A DNA stretch of 64,000 nucleotides from an uncultured Bacteriovoracaceae bacterium (GTDB lineage: Bacteria; Bdellovibrionota; UBA2394): the NCBI GenBank assembly GCA_964598565.1, contig CAZRCG010000001.1:276905-340904 (forward strand), written 5' to 3'. This document shows positions 19,816-29,751 of this stretch, one piece after another. The translations under genes and the position numbers were made by a program. How positions within the stretch are numbered: position 1 is the first letter of the stretch; each line of letters begins with the position of its first letter. The notes under the pieces are model-generated. The model did no database searches and was not told the DNA's origin. It was given only the letters and a program-made list of their open reading frames with translations.

Positions 19816-20047
19816 TCGGGGCTTAAGCCCCTCTCGACGCGGCGCACAAAAAAGGGGATTTTTTTTTTGACACAATACCCAATCGGGCCTATCACCAGTT
19901 TATAAAGTTTGTTTGAAGCTTGGGTCCAGCGCCCTTAGATCTCAATCCCCTCCCCTCCGATTTCTTAGTAGTGCTGGACCCAATTTTTTTGGGTCGGACA
20001 CCTTGATTTTCTCTCAGGGGACTATTCCAAGACTCTCTTTGTAAAGC

Positions 20048-21988
20048 TTAACTAGAGCGCAGCTCTCTCGACTCGCCACGCAGCCCCCCCACTCCCAATA
20101 CCACGAGAAGAGCCCAGAGCAAAAATCCGACGAGACCATCGGACGTGCTCGATATTACACAAGAAGATGTTGAGCCAAAGGCCTCTGCAAGACTGCGGGT
20201 CCGGTAGACGGTCACAGACTTCGTCTCAACCGCGTCGCTAATTTGACCCGAGCCATCAACCACCTGAACCGTCATATAAAGTGTCGTGCCATTGGGAATA
20301 TTCTTGAGCAGATAGGAGCCGTCCCAAGAAGCCGCTGAAATCGACAGTGGCGACGCTAATCTCTCTCCCGTTAGAAGAGTCACGCCTAAACCTTCACTTA
20401 TCACTGAAGAGGCTTGGGATGCGTCGTCGGTAAAATACAAGAGAATCGTACTGATATCACCTCCAGTAGGAAGATTGAAGGCCACCTGAATAGTTTGATC
20501 TCCAAAGCCGAGTGAAAAATCCGAAACAGGATCAGGCGGCGGATCATATTGAAAAGACACTCCATAACGAGCTACGAGCTCACTGCCCTCTTCACGTGCA
20601 TAAATCATCAGACGGTGGCTCGCGTTTGATTTAACCCCCAAATCATCATGCGTAAAAGTGAAGGACGCGGCGGTATTCGCCGCGATGGACCCCGACTCGA
20701 GAAGATTTCCAAACGACGTCGAAAGTGCTCCCAAAGCCGCGTCCTCATCAGGGCTTTCTTCAAAACGAATCTCATACGTTGACGCTCGATCCACACTAAA
20801 CGACAGACTCAAGGGATCTGATTTCGTGACAAGAGGGGCAGCCGTTGGTTGCGAAACAGAAATCGTGGGAGCTCTCGATAGTAATTGCACGCCCGTCGAT
20901 GCCGTACGCATATAGCTGTAGTGGTCTGACTTTGAGGCGACGACCAACGATCGATTCGCACCAGCCAATGCCAAGCCGGCCCCTCGATCTGTATCAATAC
21001 CGAAGGGATTCGCCTCGTTAATGAGAGAGAGGGTCGACCGGGCAAAAACTTCTGTGAGAGGTTCTGTTTCACTCCACATACGATCGGTAGCGATGAAAAA
21101 ACCAAAGGCATTTTCAGGCTCAATCAAACGCGCGATAGCTCGAGCACCCTGCCCCACCGGATAAGAACTAGCCGCCGTACTAAAGGACGAAAGCGGCACT
21201 ACAAAAACCCTAGAATCATCTTTGTTATTCTGGGCAGACTTTCTATTGCGCAGAAATAGAAGATGAGAATCCGTCAGAGTAAAATCAATAAGGCTGTAGT
21301 CTGTATCGGCGAGAGAGCCTTCTTGTTTGTCGAGATTGGAATACCACAGTGTTTCATTACCATTGCTGTCCAAGTGACTTCCTATAACGATTGCGGTTTC
21401 ATTCGTGCACCTTAAAGCGAATCGAGTGGTGGTATTCCAGGAACTAGGAAAAATTCCAAACCACTCTATGTCATTTAAAACCGACTCTGCCGAGATGACT
21501 TTTATTGAGACTTTTGAATTGGACGATGTGATATGTAGCACCGCAATCTTCGAATCCCCAAATTTACATGCGTCAGAGGGCAGACCACTATTCTGCGCAA
21601 ATTCATAAACTGTGCCTGACTCGCTTTTTAGAAAAGGCGTCGATACATCGAAATAAGAAATCTTGGTGGTAGAAACAGCCGCCAAGCGTGAATCATCGAG
21701 TAAAGCAACGCCAACGCCCGTGCCGGTCAGCGTCGTAAGAAGCTCCTTTCGACCCATTTCCTGAAGATCGACAACATAAACATTGTTACCGCTGAGAGCG
21801 TAGAGAATGCGTCCATCGGATCGAAGCGCCATGGAACTAACTGATAAGCCCGAGAGCGCTGAGAGCTCCCCAGCGTACCCTAAAGCCTTTGCAGTTTGCG
21901 CAAAAAGTCCCGAAAAACTTCCTTCAAAAAACATTCCGAGACTCACTATAATGGCGACAATTGTGTTGAATCTAAATGTGAGCCACAT
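20048..21988 (-). CDS. large secreted hypothetical protein with C-terminal hydrophobic anchor
   Basis: 646 aa with an N-terminal signal or TM segment and a beta-rich repeat-like body. The C-terminus GFLLWALLVVLGVGGLRGESRELRSS resembles a C-terminal membrane-anchor or sorting signal. Confidence 0.55.
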   Translation of the reverse strand: MWLTFRFNTIVAIIVSLGMFFEGSFSGLFAQTAKALGYAGELSALSGLSVSSMALRSDGRILYALSGNNVYVVDLQEMGRKELLTTLTGTGVGVALLDDSRLAAVSTTKISYFDVSTPFLKSESGTVYEFAQNSGLPSDACKFGDSKIAVLHITSSNSKVSIKVISAESVLNDIEWFGIFPSSWNTTTRFALRCTNETAIVIGSHLDSNGNETLWYSNLDKQEGSLADTDYSLIDFTLTDSHLLFLRNRKSAQNNKDDSRVFVVPLSSFSTAASSYPVGQGARAIARLIEPENAFGFFIATDRMWSETEPLTEVFARSTLSLINEANPFGIDTDRGAGLALAGANRSLVVASKSDHYSYMRTASTGVQLLSRAPTISVSQPTAAPLVTKSDPLSLSFSVDRASTYEIRFEESPDEDAALGALSTSFGNLLESGSIAANTAASFTFTHDDLGVKSNASHRLMIYAREEGSELVARYGVSFQYDPPPDPVSDFSLGFGDQTIQVAFNLPTGGDISTILLYFTDDASQASSVISEGLGVTLLTGERLASPLSISAASWDGSYLLKNIPNGTTLYMTVQVVDGSGQISDAVETKSVTVYRTRSLAEAFGSTSSCVISSTSDGLVGFLLWALLVVLGVGGLRGESRELRSS

Positions 21989-23209
21989 TCAGGTACCTCG
22001 CTTCATTAAAATCCAGGCCAAGACTAAACCAGGCAGCGCCATGAAGGTACAAAAAATAAAAAAGATCGGCCAGTCCAACGCCTGGGCAATCCATCCGGAC
22101 GGGCTTGAAAGTAAAGATGACGGCACCGCCATTAAACTCGTTAAGAGAGCATACTGAGTACCTGTGAAACTGCGACTCGTAAGGTTTGCCATAAAACCCA
22201 CATAGGCCGCCGTTCCCATTCCAGACGCCAAGGTCTCAACGCCGATGACCCCGCCAAGTGCCACCGGATGTGGCGTCACATAGGCTAGTACGCTAAACCC
22301 TAAAGTCGACACCGCCTGAAAAACGCCAAACAACATCAACGATCGGCCCATTCCGAGACGAGATACCAAGACCCCTCCCACAAGGCCTCCCAATAAAGTT
22401 CCTGCTAAGCCCACGGATTTACCAATAAAGGCATACTGTGTTTTAGAATAGAGACTCAAAATAAAGGGCGTTGTCATATTCGCCGCGAGTTGGTCGCCAA
22501 TTTTGTAGAGCAGAATGAACGCAAGCAGACTGATGCTAAATGTTTTATTTCGTCTAAAAAATTCTAAAAAGGGCTCGGTAAACGTTTCAAAAAAATCAAG
22601 AGAACGCATCTCGATCTTCTTAGGTTCGGGCGACACCAAGGTGAGCCCCATCATGGCGGCCATCGTTACTGCCATAAGTTGATATACCGAGGACCAAGCA
22701 ATATGGTCGGCCAAATAAAGAGCCAATGCGCCTGCAAAAAATTGAAATCCGATGCGATAACCTGCAATCGCCCAAGCCGCACCTAAACTCATCTGCGATT
22801 CTTCCAAAATCTCTCGCCGGTAGGCATCGATTAGAATATCTTGGCTCGCACTTAAAAATGCGACGAGCACAGCCAACAATCCGAAAAACGCTATTTGATC
22901 TTTTAGGTTCACAGTCGAAAGGGCCAGAAGTGCCAGTACCAGCGCCCCCTGGACCACGACTAACCAACCCCGCCGTCGCCCCAAAAAGGGTAGTGCATGA
23001 CGATCGAGAAGAGGCGCCCAAAGAAACTTGAGGGCGTACGGAAGTTTAATAAGCGCGAGCGCTCCTATGAGGGTCAGCTCAATTCCTACATCGGTCATCC
23101 AAGCTTGCAGGGTATTGCCCACCAAGGCCAGCGGCATGCCTGACGAAAAGCCCATGACAAAGACAATGAGCATTCTGCCAGAAAGGAGAGAACTCCAGAT
23201 CGCCGCCAT
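21989..23209 (-). CDS. ampG: AmpG-family MFS muropeptide permease
   Basis: The N-terminal motif GFSSGMPLALVGNTLQAWMT…KFLWAPLLDR matches the AmpG signature. It has 12 or more TM segments. Confidence 0.85.
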   Translation of the reverse strand: MAAIWSSLLSGRMLIVFVMGFSSGMPLALVGNTLQAWMTDVGIELTLIGALALIKLPYALKFLWAPLLDRHALPFLGRRRGWLVVVQGALVLALLALSTVNLKDQIAFFGLLAVLVAFLSASQDILIDAYRREILEESQMSLGAAWAIAGYRIGFQFFAGALALYLADHIAWSSVYQLMAVTMAAMMGLTLVSPEPKKIEMRSLDFFETFTEPFLEFFRRNKTFSISLLAFILLYKIGDQLAANMTTPFILSLYSKTQYAFIGKSVGLAGTLLGGLVGGVLVSRLGMGRSLMLFGVFQAVSTLGFSVLAYVTPHPVALGGVIGVETLASGMGTAAYVGFMANLTSRSFTGTQYALLTSLMAVPSSLLSSPSGWIAQALDWPIFFIFCTFMALPGLVLAWILMKRGT

Positions 23210-23316
23210 CTAGCTATGGTAGGTCAAAGACTTCCTAGGTGCCCATGATTATTTCGATGGGATTATTTCGATTGGCCTATTTCGACTGCATTATTTTCAT
23301 TGGTGTGGGTGCCAGC

Positions 23317-24366
23317 TCAAGTTCTATGCAACCGAGTGATGGCTTCGGCAATCTGAACGGCATTCGTCGCAGCGCCCTTACGAAGATTATCAGCGACAAT
23401 CCAAAAGTTTAGGCCATGGCTCACAGACTCGTCGCTGCGCACACGCCCGACAAATACTTCGTCCCGCCCCGCCAACGAAAACCCTAGCGGATATAAATTC
23501 TTCGATGGATCATCAAATACCACAATGCCTTCCTCCGCAAATGACGCACGAGCTTCATCAGGGCTAACAGGTTTTTCGGTTTCGATATTCACAGATTCTG
23601 CATGACAATTAAATGTGGGTACTCTTACGGCCGTCACCGTAATAGCCAGATCGGCCAATCCCAAAATCTTACGACTCTCATGAATCACCTTCATTTCTTC
23701 CTTGGTATAACCATTAGAAAGAAATCGATCGATATGGGGTAGGCAATTGAAGGCAATCTGATGGGGAAATACGGACGGCTTTGCTTCTCCATGCGAAAAA
23801 AGACTCGAAATTTGTTGTTCTAGCTCCGTCATCGCCTCAGCGCCAGCGCCCGAAACAGACTGGTACGTGGAGACAACGACGCGCCTAATTCCAAATCGCT
23901 TCAGCGCTTGGAGGCATACGACAAGCTGAATCGTCGAACAATTCGGATTGGCTATAATTCGATTGGAGGCTTTTTGAAGCTCATGAGCATTTACTTCGGG
24001 CACCACCAAAGCCACTTCGGGATGCATTCGAAAGTGACTCGAATTATCGATGGCATACGCCCCTGACGACGCTGCTAGTGGCACATAATGTTCCGAAAGC
24101 TCGGCACTCGTTGCAAAGAGGGCAAAATCAACCGAATGTTCTTGGAAAGAATCTTCCTTTAGCTCCCGCACAAGAATTTCTTCGTCACCAAGCAGCAGCG
24201 ATTCTCCCGCACTATTCTTTGAAGCCAAGGCTATAATCTCGCTGGTCGGAAATTCCCGCTTCTTCAAGACTTGGAGCATTTCTTGACCCACCAAACCCGT
24301 GGCGCCTACAACCGCCACACGATACTGATGTGCATCCTTTGATTTGTTCGACAATTTTAGATTCAT
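23317..24366 (-). CDS. asd: aspartate-semialdehyde dehydrogenase
   Basis: 349 aa with the NAD-binding VAVVGATGLVGQ motif. It has the active-site Cys region (CSTIQL) and the Asd C-terminal domain. Confidence 0.9.
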   Translation of the reverse strand: MNLKLSNKSKDAHQYRVAVVGATGLVGQEMLQVLKKREFPTSEIIALASKNSAGESLLLGDEEILVRELKEDSFQEHSVDFALFATSAELSEHYVPLAASSGAYAIDNSSHFRMHPEVALVVPEVNAHELQKASNRIIANPNCSTIQLVVCLQALKRFGIRRVVVSTYQSVSGAGAEAMTELEQQISSLFSHGEAKPSVFPHQIAFNCLPHIDRFLSNGYTKEEMKVIHESRKILGLADLAITVTAVRVPTFNCHAESVNIETEKPVSPDEARASFAEEGIVVFDDPSKNLYPLGFSLAGRDEVFVGRVRSDESVSHGLNFWIVADNLRKGAATNAVQIAEAITRLHRT

Positions 24367-24442
24367 GATTGGGCCCAGTTATAGCATAGTCTACAGAGTG
24401 ACCCTAAAATATTTGAAACCGTTTTTTCGATACATAGATTTC

Positions 24443-25228
24443 ATGCGACCCTTTGCGTTTTGGCGCAGAATTATTTGTCAGAACAAGATAAGTGCTGCGA
24501 CAGCGACCTTAACGCTGACTGCACTTTTCATCACACCGCAACCGGCAGAAGCTCGATTTGATACGCGTGCTCTCGGTGCGGATAAAACAACTAACCCAAC
24601 CGCTTATGATAGCGGGATGAAGGCCATGGTAAAAGCCGCCGATGCCTTAGCAGCTCCCGCCCACAATCGAGCAAAAATACCTGCAGGCTGGAGTTATAAT
24701 CTCGAAGGTAATTACAAAATCGTTTCGATCAACGATGAGACGCTGTCACCCTATATGACCAGTCCCGAGTCATCAACCCATGCATTTGGCTTCAAGGTCG
24801 GGGCAGGTCTTCCCTATGGATTTGCGATCTCTGCAGGAATGAATCGAGCTTTTTCAAATAACTATCTTTACGGGCTTCATGTCGTGGCTTCCTATCAGTT
24901 GTTTGATTTTTCGACGCTTCTATATTCAGAGATGGTGCCTGCCGTGGCCATTCATTTGCTCGCCTCTCGTGCCGTAGGATCGCCCGGACTTTATGCCTTC
25001 GGTGGCACACTCTCACTAGGCGCTTACAATCGATCGTGGCCCCTTCAGTTTTCGTATGGCTTTTCGCCGCGCTATACGATTTTTCTTCCTGTCAGCCCTG
25101 TCGAGACTCAGTGGACGTTCACGCATCAAGCCTCGATGCAGGTGCCGCTCTGGTGGAAGATTTATGCGCGAATGGAACTGGGATATCCCGAGTTTCAGGG
25201 CAACTTAGGATTTGGAGCCGAATTTTAA
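24443..25228 (+). CDS. putative outer-membrane beta-barrel protein (hypothetical)
   Basis: The start is taken at the internal ATG giving the signal peptide MRPFAFWRRIICQNKISAATATLTLTALFITPQPAEA. The body has alternating hydrophobic/aromatic strands and the protein ends …GFGAEF (C-terminal Phe). Confidence 0.55.
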   Translation: MRPFAFWRRIICQNKISAATATLTLTALFITPQPAEARFDTRALGADKTTNPTAYDSGMKAMVKAADALAAPAHNRAKIPAGWSYNLEGNYKIVSINDETLSPYMTSPESSTHAFGFKVGAGLPYGFAISAGMNRAFSNNYLYGLHVVASYQLFDFSTLLYSEMVPAVAIHLLASRAVGSPGLYAFGGTLSLGAYNRSWPLQFSYGFSPRYTIFLPVSPVETQWTFTHQASMQVPLWWKIYARMELGYPEFQGNLGFGAEF

Positions 25229-25793
25229 TCGACATTTCAAAACGAGTATGCGGTTGGCTCCCTCGCGGCCAACAGATTAAACTCTCGATCGACTTTCAAT
25301 AGGCCGCTCCAAGCTTCTAAGAAACCGCACGACCCTTAAATCTTTCATCGTTAGTCGCAGATGAAAAATTACAGAAACGAACACAGACCCCACGTGATTA
25401 CCAACATAGTATGGCCCTGTCGCTAGCAGGAGAAGTGCTGCGAATTTATTTGAACCAAGGAACAAGCGGTAAGAGACATCGTTTGAAATCATCCCGCAGA
25501 ATCAGAAAAAATTGTGAGAAAGATGCCGTAGAAACTTGCAGACAGATAAGCTTCACTATTATCGCACGTCGGAGAATCGAGCACAAAATAATTCGTTAAT
25601 GGAAGCGATCTTTCGAAGAATGTGAAGAAATTATTTTTTTATTCGCACGACTTTTGAAGAACTATTCTACAATAGAGGTAGATGCTGAATAGTCACGACC
25701 GATCGAAAAGATCCCCCTCCCCAAGAGTCGTCCCCATCAGCAGTCCAACAGTTCCGACACCAATGACGCAGAAATAATTCTGCAATTTAATCT

Positions 25794-27347
25794 ATGAGGG
25801 GGAGATCTATGGCACGCCTACAGATCACAAAATCACTCTACGCAGCTGGAGCTCAATGCCCGAAACGCCTTTATCAACTGGTGCATGACTCTGATACCGC
25901 GGCTAGTCCCAGCGACGATGTCAAGCTGCGCTTCACTCAAGGCCAGCGGGTCGGAGAACTTGCGCGTGCGGCGTTTGTCGACGGAGTGCTGGTGTCTGAA
26001 TCTGGTGCGACGATTGAAACGGCAATTCAAAAAAGTAAGAATCTTATATCTGATCTCAGTGCGCCTGCGATTTTTGAAGCCGCTGTCATGTATGATAATC
26101 TTTTGATTCGCGTGGATATTCTAAAAAATAACTTTGATGGAACTTGGGACTTGATCGAAGTCAAATCAACGACGGCTGTAAAGCCCGAGCATCTTGAGGA
26201 CGTTTCGTTTCAGCTCTATGTTCTTACCAAGGCAGGCATTAAGATTCGCCACGTTGTTCTGAGTCACATCAACAGTGAGGTTCGATTTCCGAATTTAAAT
26301 CCCTTTTTCATCAATCACGATTTTACATCGGCAGCCTACGCCCACTTGGCGAATATTGAGATCAAACTGCCGTCACTCATGGCGGTACTAGAGAAAGGCG
26401 AGGCCCCTCAAGTTGCTATTGGCAGACAGTGTGCCAATCCCTATGGCTGCGAGTTTAAAGATCAGTGCTGGGCTGCCGTACCTAAGGGCTCCACGCTTGA
26501 ACTCTATAATTATCGCAAGCGAAAGCCGACCAAGTTTGAACTCTATCATGAAGGGCCAAAGCTTCTCAAAGATCTCAAAGATGAAGTCGAACTCACGCGA
26601 TTTCAAACCATTCAGTATATGGCGAGCAAAACGAGTGATCCCATCATCAATCAACGAGGTCTGGTCAAATTTCTCAATGAGGTACGCTACCCTATTTACT
26701 ATTTTGACTTTGAAACCATTGCACCTCCCGTGCCGATACTGGCGGGAATGCGCCCGTACCAGCGCATTCCCGTTCAGTTCTCTTGCCATATTCAACGAAC
26801 ACCTACTTCAGAGCTAGAACATATCGAATTTCTTGCATCGGGGCAGGGCGGACGCGATCCGAGAGAAGAATGCATTCGCGCTATGGAGCAAGTATTTGTC
26901 GATGTGGGAACGATCATTGCCTACCACGACGATTTTGAAAGAAGCCTTATTCGAGAACTCGCTGACAGTTTTCCGTCGTCCTCTGATTTTCTACGCGAGA
27001 TTGAACAGCGCTTTTGGGACCTTGAAGATGCGTTTCACCATCACTACTACCATAAAAATTTTGGCGGTTCCGTGAGTATCAAAAAAGTGCTACCGTTCTT
27101 TGCGCCGGATATGAGCTACGAAGCGCTCGCCATTAAAAATGGAGGCCAAGCGCAAGCGGCTCTCACAAAACTTTTTTCGAACGAACTGAGTGCTGATGAA
27201 AAGAAACAACTTCGCGATGACTTACTTACTTACTGTGCACAAGACTCCATGGCCATGGTGGTGATCCACCGAAAGCTGATCGATGCAGTCTCTTCAAGTA
27301 ATCTCAGGTTCTTTCCAGAAACTCAGAGAGCCGTTCATGGAGATTGA
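25794..27347 (+). CDS. DUF2779-type protein: N-terminal Cas4/RecB-like PD-(D/E)xK nuclease with Fe-S Cys cluster, plus C-terminal DEDD/RNase-H-like exonuclease-like domain
   Basis: 517 aa. An N-terminal Cys (AGAQCPKRLY), then motif WDLIEVKS (D…ExK), then three Cys (CANPYGCEFKDQCW) reproduce the Cas4/AddB 1+3 Cys Fe-S arrangement. The C-terminal YYFDFETI…D…H..YY..D motifs resemble a 3'-5' exonuclease or RNase-H-like fold. Confidence 0.7.
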   Translation: MRGRSMARLQITKSLYAAGAQCPKRLYQLVHDSDTAASPSDDVKLRFTQGQRVGELARAAFVDGVLVSESGATIETAIQKSKNLISDLSAPAIFEAAVMYDNLLIRVDILKNNFDGTWDLIEVKSTTAVKPEHLEDVSFQLYVLTKAGIKIRHVVLSHINSEVRFPNLNPFFINHDFTSAAYAHLANIEIKLPSLMAVLEKGEAPQVAIGRQCANPYGCEFKDQCWAAVPKGSTLELYNYRKRKPTKFELYHEGPKLLKDLKDEVELTRFQTIQYMASKTSDPIINQRGLVKFLNEVRYPIYYFDFETIAPPVPILAGMRPYQRIPVQFSCHIQRTPTSELEHIEFLASGQGGRDPREECIRAMEQVFVDVGTIIAYHDDFERSLIRELADSFPSSSDFLREIEQRFWDLEDAFHHHYYHKNFGGSVSIKKVLPFFAPDMSYEALAIKNGGQAQAALTKLFSNELSADEKKQLRDDLLTYCAQDSMAMVVIHRKLIDAVSSSNLRFFPETQRAVHGD

Positions 27348-28876
27348 GTGAATGGCGCCTCTCTCTCGAGTAGCTGTGGTGTCGCACTTTGGAAAAAACG
27401 CAAGGAGTCTACAGGCTGCCCTTTAATCTCCCATCGTTTGACGATTTGAGCAAAGTATTGGTGGTCTTTGTGCGATGGTAGAGCGATCACTTGGTTGAGT
27501 GGCTGACCACTCTCGGAAACCTTGGCGCCAAGAGCAATGACCAAGAAATCTTCCGTCAAGAGACTGGCCGTCACGAGGTCGGCCTCTCTCAACTTTAAGG
27601 TGCGACATTGATAGCCCGCTAGATCGCTAGAGAACTCATCTTTGGCAACGAAGTAAGCGTACTGACAAAGTTGCCCCACGGTTTCATCGGCCTCACGTTT
27701 GCGCTCTCGAAACAAGAGACGGCCTGCGACTCCCGAAATCTCTACCGAGGTGTTTCGACGGACCAGTGATTCAGCGAGTGGCAGCAAAAACGCTCCTTCG
27801 TGTCTCAAGCTATAAAGATCGTTGCCCACTGAAACGATCAACTGGTCGCCTCTTAAGAGAACTTTAGAAGCATCAAAGTAAGGTAATCGCAGAGCATAGC
27901 TCCAGGTCGGCTTCCATTGGCGCTTCTCAAAGCTCCACTCTAACCACTGATAGTAGGCTCCTGGCGCAGACAGATCCGTCATCGAGGATCGGTCTTTTTC
28001 TTGGAAGACTGAGCTCTTAGGGTCGGCCGTTTGAGACAGTTTTATAAGTCGACCATCGTCAAATCGGTATACAGGCGCCATATCAGGATTAGGAATGGGC
28101 ATCAGCGCTGAGGATACTAGATTCGCCGCGCTAGGCTCCTTGAGGTTAGATTGAGATTCATCGTTCAATTGACGCTCAGTCTCATCAACACGGCCACTTT
28201 TCTCTAAACTCAGCTGATTTGGCACGACGAACCATTGTCCTGATTTACGTCGGTAGACAATATCACCTTCGGATCGAACAAAAAAATCGTCGACTTCTTG
28301 TGCGATGATACTGGAGTCCACCTGTAACGGACCTCGTCGAAGAGAGTCATCGCCGTCCAAAAATACATAGGTTCCATCCGTCATGAGTTCGGGGGGAAGA
28401 CTGTCTGAAATCGTGAACTGATCATAACAAGTTAAATTGGACTGTTGGGCTTCTACTAGGAGGCATTTGCCTGAAACATCCGACACGGCTGAAGGGTCGG
28501 ATAACAATTTTACGAGAGCACGAGTATCAGAAACCGATTTCACCCATGATACTTCTTCGGTAGCAAGATCCTGATCTTTGGCAAGATCTCCAATGGCCAC
28601 CGCACCATCGTCGGCCAACAGAAAACTACGCTTCATCGGCGTTTCGCTGAGACCTGCGTTAGCGACGAGCGCTCTATCCCAAGCGATTTCAATACCATTT
28701 CCGATAACGACAATTTGCCCTTCGGGTTGGGTGGGAGCCACGACCTCTCGGCACGACATCGATTGCAAGGCCAGCGCTGTTGCAAGGCCTAGCCCCACCA
28801 CCGGAAATTGCCACAATTTCATTGTTTGATTTCCCATTCGTTTGCCGACAATTGATTCTGCGATAAATTGTTTCAC
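27335..28876 (-). CDS. secreted hypothetical protein (513 aa)
   Basis: It has an N-terminal signal sequence (LGLATALALQSMSC). Its start codon overlaps the stop of the upstream TIGR02147-family gene (ATGA, 28873-28876), implying translational coupling. Confidence 0.6.
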   Translation of the reverse strand: MKQFIAESIVGKRMGNQTMKLWQFPVVGLGLATALALQSMSCREVVAPTQPEGQIVVIGNGIEIAWDRALVANAGLSETPMKRSFLLADDGAVAIGDLAKDQDLATEEVSWVKSVSDTRALVKLLSDPSAVSDVSGKCLLVEAQQSNLTCYDQFTISDSLPPELMTDGTYVFLDGDDSLRRGPLQVDSSIIAQEVDDFFVRSEGDIVYRRKSGQWFVVPNQLSLEKSGRVDETERQLNDESQSNLKEPSAANLVSSALMPIPNPDMAPVYRFDDGRLIKLSQTADPKSSVFQEKDRSSMTDLSAPGAYYQWLEWSFEKRQWKPTWSYALRLPYFDASKVLLRGDQLIVSVGNDLYSLRHEGAFLLPLAESLVRRNTSVEISGVAGRLLFRERKREADETVGQLCQYAYFVAKDEFSSDLAGYQCRTLKLREADLVTASLLTEDFLVIALGAKVSESGQPLNQVIALPSHKDHQYFAQIVKRWEIKGQPVDSLRFFQSATPQLLEREAPFTQSP

Positions 28877-29751
28877 GACTCTACCCCCTGATGCCCTTCA
28901 TGGATCGACGGATCATCATTCCATTTTTGTAACGAAAAACACTGAGCCCCAAAATAAAACACTGTTTTCTGTTCATCGATATTCTGACCGTCATCGCCTG
29001 GCTCTTGAATAAATGCGACGAGCTCACGCTGAATATCTTTAATCTTTTCCTTAAGAGCTCCAAAACGACTCCTCGAAAACGTAAATACCAACGCTTGAAA
29101 CTCTCGCTGAGCGAGGTCATCTTCAAGCGCTTCTCCCGCAATTTCTAGCATTTGATGATGAAACGATCGAATGACAAAACTGCTAACTTCGTCCGGAAAC
29201 TGAATCTGCGAGGCTTGAGACGTCCACTGACCCCCGACGAGCTCCAACCAACCAATCTCTTGTAAATCAGCGATCGTCTTGTGAATGAGCGTCTCAGGCA
29301 GCTTCTTTCGAAGCATCTTCTGAATCAATTTTTCATCGACCGAATTCAAGTTAACTACAAGTTCTTTGATCGCCACCACATACCAATGACTGAGTAGTCG
29401 TGCCGCCTCGGCCATATCGAGAGTTTTGAGGGTTTTTGCCCTCTGGCGCCGCAAACGCTCGAAGTAAAGACTTTTTTCCTCTAATGAATGAGCCTGATTG
29501 AAGCGAACCAGATTCTCAAAGTAATCGACCTCGCGCTCTGAAAGAGCCATTCCCAGACCGAATCGAATACTCATCTCTGCCGAAAGGTTTCGCTTTCCAT
29601 CCATGACCAGCTTTAGATACGCAGGAGCGATGCCTGCACCCTTAGCAAAAACCCGGTACGAAAATTTTGGATCCATCGCTTTCGAGCGATTGTAAAAATC
29701 TCGGCAAAACGAGCGATAGTCTAGGTAGGAAAAAACGTCGAGATTGTGCAT
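28873..29751 (-). CDS. TIGR02147-family protein (HTH-containing paralogous family found in Fibrobacter/Bdellovibrio)
   Basis: The N-terminal signature YLDYRSFCRDFY…DPKFSYRVFAKGAGI.PAYLKLVMDGKRNLS is characteristic of TIGR02147. It is 292 aa. Confidence 0.7.
   Translation of the reverse strand: MHNLDVFSYLDYRSFCRDFYNRSKAMDPKFSYRVFAKGAGIAPAYLKLVMDGKRNLSAEMSIRFGLGMALSEREVDYFENLVRFNQAHSLEEKSLYFERLRRQRAKTLKTLDMAEAARLLSHWYVVAIKELVVNLNSVDEKLIQKMLRKKLPETLIHKTIADLQEIGWLELVGGQWTSQASQIQFPDEVSSFVIRSFHHQMLEIAGEALEDDLAQREFQALVFTFSRSRFGALKEKIKDIQRELVAFIQEPGDDGQNIDEQKTVFYFGAQCFSLQKWNDDPSIHEGHQGVES

Noticed and set aside
22620-23031. Overlapping 133-aa and 101-aa ORFs inside ampG
   Set aside because: These are alternative-frame shadows of the AmpG permease gene, with no RBS or homology support.
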